In this document: positions 32,388 to 39,708 of the stretch, in pieces
How positions within the stretch are numbered: the stretch's first letter is position 1
How the letters are laid out: each line of letters begins with the position of its first letter
Assembly: GCA_002269645.1 (NCBI GenBank)
Contig: NIVC01001807.1
Coordinates: 1 to 39,708, forward strand
Direction of reading: 5' to 3'
Length of the DNA stretch: 39,708 nucleotides
Source: Macrostomum lignano
Lineage: Eukaryota
The notes under the pieces: model-generated
What the model was told of the DNA's origin: nothing
Database searches by the model: none
Seen by the model: only the letters and a program-made list of their open reading frames with translations
Translations under genes and position numbers: made by a program

Positions 32388-35300
32388 GCCTGTCTGTCTG
32401 TGTCTGTCTGTGTCGTCTGTCTGTCTGTGTGTCTGCCTGTCTATATCAAGGAATCTAACAGATTCTGCTGACCTTCTTCTCGTCAATCAGCTGGTCAATG
32501 AGGGTGTAGTTCCTCTGCACGGTAGCCTCGTACTCGCTCCGCTGCATCTCAAGCTGCTTTGTCAGCTGACGCTCCGTCTCCCGAACGTGCCGGACTGTGA
32601 GCTCGCGCTGCTGCTGCAGGGCTCGCTGGAGGCTTTCAACGGTTCGGTTCTTTTCGTCTAGTGCCAGCTGCTGGCTCAGCACCTGATGAAGTGGAGACAT
32701 TTTTTTCAATTGAACTGATCCCTCAGGAAGTAAGGAACTAGAGCGACTGCTTACAACCTTAAAGCTAAATCAGTATCAAATAAAATGTTATCTGACTATT
32801 CAGTTTATCCTCATTCAGGGTAATACAGTGAAATAAGAAAGACGGCTACGGAAAACTTTAAGCGACGCGTGAGACAGGTGAGAAAATTTATCTTCCTGGC
32901 CTTCACCTGGCTAGTAGCGGCTTCCATTGCCGCATCCAGCTGCTTTGAGATCGCTTCCGCTCTCGGTGTCTCAACGAAGCCGCCGCTGCCGCCGCCGCCG
33001 CTCTGCTCCTGCCGCGATGACTGCTGCGGCGACTGCTGGGGCTGGTGCTGCTGCAGCTGCACGCCCGTCAGCCAGCTGTTCATCCGCTTGCCGGCAGCGG
33101 CAGATTTCGACGAATTGCCGCTGCTGTCCAGCGCCGCTAGCCGGTCGGCCGTGAGGCTCCGCCGGTCTGCGGCGCCTCCGCCGACAGCAGCTTGTCGATG
33201 TCGTCAACCCAGGCGCTGCGCGGCTTCCCACCGACGCCGCTGCCGCTCCGGCCGGCGCCGGAGTCCGGAGGCTCCTCCAAGGCCTTCAGCGTGCTGAAGA
33301 TGTCCTGCGCTTTAGAGGAGCCTGAGCCGGCGGTGCGGCGGCTCACAGCGGACACCAGAGTGGCCGTGTCCAGGTCGCTGACGGCGTCCCCGGCTACTGG
33401 GGAGGCCGCGGCATCTTCTTCAGGCTCGGGTTGTTGGTGCTGTTTTTTGCTGCTGCTGCTGCCGCCGCTTTTCTGCTGCTTTTGCTCACTTCGCGGTGTC
33501 GGACTTGGCGACTGAGCGACTGCAGCTTTGGAGCTCTCCCGGCGCTCCTTTGGCGTCTGCGGGCCGGCTGAAAAAGCAAGACGTGTGTGGCTAAGGGATG
33601 TGAATGCAATAGGAGTGGGTGAATATGGGTGTGAATGCAACAGGAGAGGGTGAATATGGGTGTGAATGCAATAGGAGTGGGTGAATATGGGTGTGAATGC
33701 AATAGGAGTGGGTGAATATGGGTGCGAATGCAATAGGAGTGGGTGAATATGGGTGCGAATGCAATAGGAGTGGGTGAATATGGGTGCGAATGCAATAGGA
33801 GTGGGTGAATATGGGTGCGAATGCAATAGGAGTGGGTGAATATGGGTGCGAATGCAATAGGAGTGGGTGAATATGGGTGCGAATGCAATAGGAGTGGGTG
33901 AATATGGGTGTGAATGCAACAGGAGAGGGTGAATATGGGTGTGAATAGCAATGAGTGGCCGTAAATAGTGTGATAAGAGGTTAAGGCAGTGGTGAGCCGG
34001 TAGGTCCGGTCTATCAGCCGGCGGGAACCAACCTGCAGCCGACCCTGACCGCTGGCGGACACCTTGGACTTGCGGATTAGGCCGGCCCTGTCCAGCTTGT
34101 CAACCTCCGCCTCGGCGACTCGTTTCGCATCGGCGGCCTCGGCTGCCCGCTTCTCCTCGCGCCGGGCTCGGAGCTCCCGCACCGCTCGCTGCCGGTCCTG
34201 CGAGGCGGCCGCCTCCCGCTTGGCCCGGGCGGCCTCCGCCTGCTCAGCCGAGGTGGGCAGCTCAGGGCCGAGCGAGGACAGGCGCGCCTTCGACTCGGTC
34301 GCCAAGCGGCGCAGGGCGGCCTGGCAGGCGGCGCGGCGGCGCCTGTGGCGCTTCCACCAGCGCTGGATGCGGGTGGCGGCGGAAACCTGGGAGAAGGGCA
34401 GGATGAGGAGCTCTGAGGTGACCTCAAAGCGAATTTTAAGGCGATTCTCGGGACGATACCGAAGGCGATTTGTCAGGTGATTCCCATGCCGATTTCTCAG
34501 GTGATTCCCATGCCAATTTCTCAGGTGATTCCCATGCCAATTTCTCAGGTGATTCCATGCCGATTTCTCAGGTGATTCCCATGCCGATTTCTCAGGTGAT
34601 TCCCATGCCGATTTCTCAGGTGATTCCCATGCCTATTTCTCAGGTGATTCCCATGCCTATTTCTCAGGTGATTCCCATGCCTATTTCTCAGGTGATTCCC
34701 ATGCAATTTCTCAAGTGTTTCATATGGTGATTTCTCAGGTGATTCCTTTGGAATTGTAAAGCCAAATCCTTAAACTGTTTCCTAGGACAACACAGTTAGC
34801 GACTGCATTCACACTGACGGCCTTACTTTAGCCACGTAGGCTTCGACGTTCTGCCGGGCGCTATGCGACACGGCCAGCGGCGAGGCGGCGGCCTCTTCAT
34901 CCTCATTATTGTCCCGCTTGTCGCCGTGAAACAGCCGCTGATCATCGTCGCCGTCTTCTTCGCGAGTTCGCCGCTTGAGGCGACGCGAATTTCGTCCCAG
35001 TCGCGGAGCTGCTGTGCTGCTGGCCGCCGCCGAGGCCACCAAATCCAGCGCCTGCTTGGCCTCCGCGTCCGCGCCGTCGTTGTCCGAGTCCAACTGGTTC
35101 AAATCCAGGTACATGTCCAGCTCTGGGGGGCTCTGCGCTGCTGCTGGGGCTGCTTTGTCTGCTTCTTTTGTTGCTGCTGCTTTTGCTGCTGTTGCTGCTT
35201 CTCCGGCAGAAGACGCTGCCGAATGCGAGGCGTCTGCCGATAAGTGGAGTTCGCGGCCGACACGGCGCTTACAGTGGCGTCGAGCGGGCGCTGTCCGGCA

Positions 35301-35619
35301 GGCCCTGCGGCGGCAGGAAGCAGCTGTGCGAGGCCGCCGAGGACGCCTTTGAAGAGGCCTTGGACACCGTGGACTTGCCGCCGCCGCCTCCGGCCTGCTT
35401 GCGAGCTCCGTTGCTCAGGTCGCTCTGGGAGCCACCGCCGCTGCCGCGCCAGCCGCTACCACCACCGCGGCTTCTGACCGAATCGCGGCCGCCGCCGCCC
35501 CCGGAGCCGGAGCTGAGGCGACTCCGGGCGGAGCCGATCTGGGATCCGGTCAGGCTGAGGTCCTGCAATGCGGGGGCAGTTATATCATAATGGCTGCATG
35601 CGAGTACACTGCTGAGCAT
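28982..35619 (-). CDS. CEP131: CEP131/AZI1 centriolar satellite coiled-coil protein; exons ~35562(or ATG 35619)-34827, 34386-~34050, 33567-32907, 32682-32473, 32285-31972, 31238-30938, 30641-30198, 29338-28982; at least two frame breaks (~35270-35130, ~33180)
   Basis: N-terminal DLSLTG motif; IQ-like AATRIQRWW; LQRALQQQRELT...QRSEYEATVQRNYTLIDQLIDEKK|VLQEKCE; KTKKIKELTVKGLEPEIQAMVARHKQE; C-terminal AVKRAEHLEQLLEQQR. These match the CEP131 family as I recall it. The 3' five exons splice in frame; the 5' end is uncertain. Confidence 0.88.
29465..30125. repeat. 26-bp minisatellite (gaagatcaaacaggacagtgagcggt) x~25 in the last CEP131 intron
   Basis: Direct reading. Confidence 0.95.
31239..31971 (-). 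other. Non-canonical GC-AG intron of CEP131, filled with (CT)n and caggcaatctctctctcact repeats
   Basis: Donor CAG AG|gcaagc and acceptor cactgcag|A TAC GTC give GQR-YVRLTEELR in frame. No GT of the right phase lies before the stop at 31959. Confidence 0.75.
32355..32442. repeat. (CTGT)n microsatellite in a CEP131 intron
   Basis: Direct reading. Confidence 0.85.
33595..33950. repeat. 31-bp minisatellite (gtgaatatgggtgcgaatgcaataggagtgg) x~11 in a CEP131 intron
   Basis: Period 31 (33721 to 33752). Confidence 0.93.
34470..34745. repeat. 24-bp minisatellite (tctcaggtgattcccatgccgatt) x~11 in a CEP131 intron
   Basis: Direct reading. Confidence 0.92.
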
Positions 35620-35685
35620 GGCGATATCACTTTTGTTGTGCTATGTGGAACAGTTTGGAAGGACTGAGTGCTGAATCATATGGAA

Positions 35686-36175
35686 AACTGAGGATCTGGG
35701 AGGCTCGCCCAGCAACTGACACTGGGAGACTGGCCCAGCAACTGAGGATATGGAGGCTGGCCCAGCAACTGAGGATCTGGGAGGTTGGCCCAGCAACTGA
35801 CACTCTGGGAGACTGGCCCAGCAACTGACACTCTGGGAGGCTGGCCCAGCAACTGACACTCTGAGAGGCTGGCCCAGCAACTGACACTCTGGGAGGCTGG
35901 CCCAGAAACTGACATTCTGGAGGCTGGCCCAGCAACTGACACTCTGTGAGGCTGGCCCAGAAACTGACACTCTGGGAGGCTGGCCCAGCAACTGACACTC
36001 TGAGAGGCTGCCCAGCAACTGACACTCTGGGAGGCTGGCCCAGCAACTGACACTCTGGGAGACTGGCCCAGCAACTGAGGATCCCGAAAGCTGGCCCAGC
36101 AACTGAGGATCCCGAAAGCTGGCCCAGCAACTGGGGATCTGGGAGGCTGGCCCAGCAACTGGGATCTGGGCAGGT
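35686..36175. repeat. 28-bp minisatellite, same family and orientation as 27283-27890
   Basis: gggaggctggcccagcaactgacactct / gaggatct units. Confidence 0.93.
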
Positions 36176-36242
36176 CAAGCCAGCGCAATCCTAGGAGCCG
36201 GCAGTCAGGACGGTGCGCCAGTGGGCGGTCACCGCCAATCAC

Positions 36243-36390
36243 CGGATGCATCGCATCGGAGGCGGTCGCCAAGCCGGACTCAAAAGCTGAACACACAGAC
36301 AGGTAGCAGCAGCTCGAGTCCAGCACGGCAACCGATTCGCTCCTCAAAGTATCGCTTCCGTCATCATTCGAGTCCGGCCCCAGCTAGCCA
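36243..36390 (-). other. Possible first exon of CEP131 (ATG CAT CCG|gtgatt spliced to GAC CTC AGC gives MHPDLSLTGSQI)
   Basis: GC-rich island between the 28-bp array and AT-rich flank. ATG at 36251 with a phase-0 donor at 36242 fits the acceptor at 35563. Speculative; the alternative is the in-frame ATG at 35619. Confidence 0.3.
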
Positions 36391-37119
36391 TAAATCATTA
36401 TTTGGAAAAGCAAATTGAAAGAAATCAACTCCAGACACAAACTATAGTTTGCTAATAAATACAAGCTTACCAGGGTATCATTGTTGAAGAAGAATTTAAT
36501 GAGCAGCAATGATATTGTTGAAATTCTACCCGTTGGTTCAGTGTGAGCCTTCAGCACCTGGCGGCGATAGACGGTTGATCAGCGGACAACTGGTGACAAG
36601 CATAACAGCAATAAAATAAAAATGTACACAAAAGCGGTTGATATTAAGCCTAGACGGAATTTTAAAGAAACACAATTTGACAGAAAATTGCATTAGCTGA
36701 TGGGAAACAGATCGTTTCTGGGGAATAAAAATTGGATTGTAAAAAGGTAAGTTAAAAACAGTTGAATAGGTGTGGCATTGGCAAATGCATTCGCTGAGCA
36801 CATTCTGATGGCTAAAAACATCAGTTTGCCAATACTGAAGCACCCGGGAGCAGAATTCAGCAGCTTATATAAGTACTGAAAATTAAAGTTAGAAGAATGC
36901 AGGAAAGTTGAAGTTGGTTCAAAAATAAACAGATTGCATAATAATCTTTGACAGCTTCAATTAAAGCAGCGATGATAAATGTTGACTTTGTACTTTAGTG
37001 ATAGTAAAATGAATATTGCAAGCTTTTAATTGCTCATCAGTTAATATACGTTCAAATAATAAAAATTGCCACGCACGGAGCGCACTACAAAGATTTTGCT
37101 AAGTGATGGCAATACATTA

Positions 37120-37720
37120 CAGCGTGAATAGAGTGCTTTCTAGCGTGAATAGAGTGGCTTTCTAGCGTGAATGGAGTGGCTTTCTAGCGTGAATGGAGTG
37201 GCTTTCTAGCGTGAATGGAGTGGCTTTCTAGCGTGAATGGAGTGGCTTTCTAGCGTGAATGGAGTGGCTTTCTAGCGTGAATGGGTGACTTTCTAGCGTG
37301 AATGGAGTGGTACTCTAGCGTGAATGAAGTGGCTCTAGCGTGAATGGGGTGTATTCTGCGTGAACGGAGTGGTATTCTAGCGTAAATGGAGTGGTATTCT
37401 AGCGTGAACGGAGTGGTATTCCAGCGTGAATGGAGTGGTATTCTAGCGTGAATGGAGTGGTATTCTAGCGTGAACGGAGTGGTATTCTCGCGTGAATTGA
37501 GTGGTATTCTAGCGTGAATGAGTGGCTTTCTAGCGTGAATTGAGTATATTCTAGCGTGAACGGAGTGGTATTCTAGCGTGAAGGGAGTGGTATTCTAGCG
37601 GTGAATGAAGTGATACTCTAGCGTGAATGGAGTGGTATATTCTAGCGTGAATGAAGTCGTACTCGCGCGTGAATGGAGTGGCTTTCTAGTGTGAATGGGT
37701 GGCATTCTAGTGGGGTGAAT
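37120..37720. repeat. 22-23-bp minisatellite (tctagcgtgaatggagtggct/at) x~26, degenerating rightwards
   Basis: Direct reading. Confidence 0.9.
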
Positions 37721-37799
37721 CGAGGGGCATTTCATTTTGAATGGAGATAAACGGTTAAAACTTGGACTCAATTATGAATTCCTAAAACCGAGGCACCAA

Positions 37800-39429
37800 A
37801 TTTACTTGCTGACATCCTTACAGCTGCCCCCCCCCAGTTTTTGTCGTTTGCGATACTCGGCGCGGCAGCGGTGGAGCCCGCCGAAGTCGACGGCAAGTCG
37901 AATGTTGCGTTCAGCTTCTCGCTGACGTCCGACGGCGCGGCTCGCTTTGATTTGTCCGCCGCCGCGCCGTGGCCGGTTCTGCCGTGTTCTCCTTGCCTCC
38001 CGGCCGCGACTTCCTCGCTGCTGTCCGACTCCAGGCAGAAAGTCGCATTGCCGGCGGCGGCGGCGGCGGAGCCAGTTCGTGGCGTTGACGCACTGGCCGA
38101 TGCGCCACTTGCACAGCTGGCCGCAGTCGCTGCCGCTGCGCCGGCAGCCGCATCGCGACGTGCTGCAATCCGAGCGGCACTTGCAGCCGCGGCTGCTGCC
38201 GGCACTGGCGTCGCTTAGCCTGCGTTTGCCTGACGAAGACGCGGGCTCGGCTGGACGCAGCTGGGCTGCAGCTGGGGAAAGTTGCTCCGGCCCCGCTCCC
38301 GGATCCGCCTTGCTGACTGCTGCAGCGAGGCCTGAAGCGCATTCAGCGTGGCATTCAGGCCGCCGTCCTCTCCTTCCGGCTGTCCGCCTTCGCGCCATCG
38401 GCTTCCGGCTTCGCTTCCGGTATTGCGGGCGGCGGCGTCTTCAGGACGGCGTTCGCTTACTGAGCTCGGCCTCCACCTCGGGCGTCTCGTCAAAGCTGGG
38501 CAGCCGCTCCTCGGCCATGAGCTGGAAGGTGTCAGCAGCTCACTCGGCAGGACAGTCGCGACTCCCGACGGCGCTTCGACTGACGCTGGCCGCCGCCGAG
38601 CGCACTGGTGTTGCCGCCTCCCAGCGAGGCGTTGAGCTTCTCCGCCGCTGCGAAGCCAGGCCGGCGACGCCGAAGCTTTCGCGGTTTTTCTGCAAAATGT
38701 TTTCGTGAGTTCAATGACTCAGCCGCTTCTAGCGTGGCAACTGAACTGACTGCAGTTTTTCTCCAAGCTGGAATGATCACATTCTTGAACTGAGCTCACA
38801 TTCTTCCATCCCGGAACTGAGCTACATTCTTCAGCCCGGAACTGGAGCCACATTCTTCCAGCCCGGAACTTAGCTACATTCTTCCAGCCCGGAACTGAGC
38901 TACATTTTCCATCATGGAAACTGAACTACATTCTTCCAGCCGGAACTGAGCTACATTCTTCCAGCCCGGAACTGAGCAATGTTTCAGCAGCAATACATGT
39001 ACAATATACACACTTACCCTCTTCTCCAGAACGGTGACCTTGGCCTGAACCTGCTCCAGCTCATCCCGCCACCTCCTTGAGCCGGACTCTGCCGCATTCG
39101 TTGCCACCCGGCCTCCACGGCTCGCTGAAACACTTCGCTAAGTAGAAGCCGAGCCTCAGTCAAAGACTTGACGCTGGTAGCCAAGCGACTCCGGTGCTCA
39201 GAGGAGTCCGGAGCCGGGCAGCAGAGAGATCATGGACTGCAGCTGGCTGATCTGCTCGTTCAGGGCGTCCAACTGCGGCCTGGTTGCCGGCGGCCGTGGC
39301 CTTGCGCCGCTCCTCCATGCGCAGCTCCAGGTGGCGGCGCATGTCGGCCGAGGCCACGCGCGCCTTCCATCTCGTCGGCCGAGGCCACGGCGCCTTCCAT
39401 CTCGTCGGCTAGCAGAGCGGCCAGGCGGC
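37800..39429 (-). CDS. KIF4: 3' portion of a kinesin-4/chromokinesin (KIF4-like) gene: coiled-coil exon ~39429-39018 and last exon ~38689-37800 with a Cys-rich domain; multiply frameshifted as given
   Basis: Pieces in shifting frames: LADEMEGAVAS(ADM)RRHLELRMEERRK (cf. KIF4 [24 protein letters not shown]), LDALNEQISQLQ, SLTEARLLLSEVF, DELEQVQAKVTVLEKR|gtaagt. At 38188-38084, GCKCRSDCSTSRCGCRRSGSDCGQLCKWRIGQCVN fits the KIF4 C-x-C-x3-C-x4-C-x-C-x6-C-x3-C-x-C-x4-C-x-N tail. The motor domain would lie outside the window. Confidence 0.75.
38790..38985. repeat. ~29-bp minisatellite (cattcttccagcccggaactgagcta) x~6 in the KIF4-like last intron
   Basis: Direct reading. Confidence 0.85.
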
Positions 39430-39499
39430 CTGCAAGGCGAGCGCAGGTCAAATTGGTGTGGCTGGCAGACTAGAAAAGATTGCCTACGAGTAGCGAGGA

Positions 39500-39708
39500 G
39501 AGGAAGGCAAATGGCTGATACTGATGATGGGCGACTCTCACGGAGACTTGAGAGGAAGGCGAATCTTATAGATTGATGGCGACTCTCATGGCGAGACTGG
39601 AGAGAAGGCGAATCTTATAGATGATGGGCGACTCTCATGGAGAATCGAGAGGAAGGCGAATCTGATAGACTGATGGGCGACTCTCACACGAGACTTGAGA
39701 GGAAGGCG
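39500..39708. repeat. ~50-bp degenerate tandem repeat (gatgggcgactctca...gagaggaaggcgaatcttataga) running off the window end
   Basis: About four indel-rich copies; probably intronic. Confidence 0.75.

Noticed and set aside
31246-34305. Long ORFs of 257-390 aa (SLSLSL, HSHPYSPTP)
   Set aside because: Read-through of (CT)n and 31-bp intronic repeats joined to real or antisense exon sequence.
35269-35275. Programmed frameshifting or stop-codon readthrough in CEP131/KIF4-like
   Set aside because: No slippery heptamer or stimulatory structure was seen. Indels also affect neighbouring repeats near the window ends, which favours sequencing error.
37768-39429. Treating this region as 5' exons of CEP131
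   Set aside because: Its motifs match the kinesin-4 stalk and Cys-rich tail, and the CEP131 N-terminal DLSLTG motif is already at ~35560.

Overview
Eukaryotic (metazoan) genomic DNA, not prokaryotic: GC-rich exons are split by GT-AG introns, most of them filled with intron-specific minisatellites. The style suggests a free-living flatworm such as Macrostomum, but that is inference and not verified. Genes read from the sequence: a 3-exon SMAP1/2-type ArfGAP (+); two tandem intronless secreted Gly/Tyr-rich repeat proteins (-); a 2-exon cyclophilin B-type PPIase (-); a 4-exon ADAP/centaurin-alpha ArfGAP-dual-PH gene (-); a CEP131/AZI1 centriolar-satellite gene with at least 8 exons (-); and the frameshifted 3' end of a KIF4-type kinesin-4 with its Cys-rich tail (-). 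Mobile DNA: a deleted Tc1 element, a tRNA-derived SINE with TSDs, a hAT-like element nested in a mariner remnant, and several tiny CCATAGAC-ended inverted-repeat elements around an orphan ORF with a Crypton/DUF3504-like motif. The most unusual observation is a ~32-copy 66-bp array that is an amplification of the SMAP gene's own acceptor-like site, Kozak context and first three codons, so each upstream copy encodes a 7-aa mini-ORF (MSYIVQS*). Indels increase towards both window ends, so some frameshifts are probably assembly errors. All calls are by eye; no searches were run.
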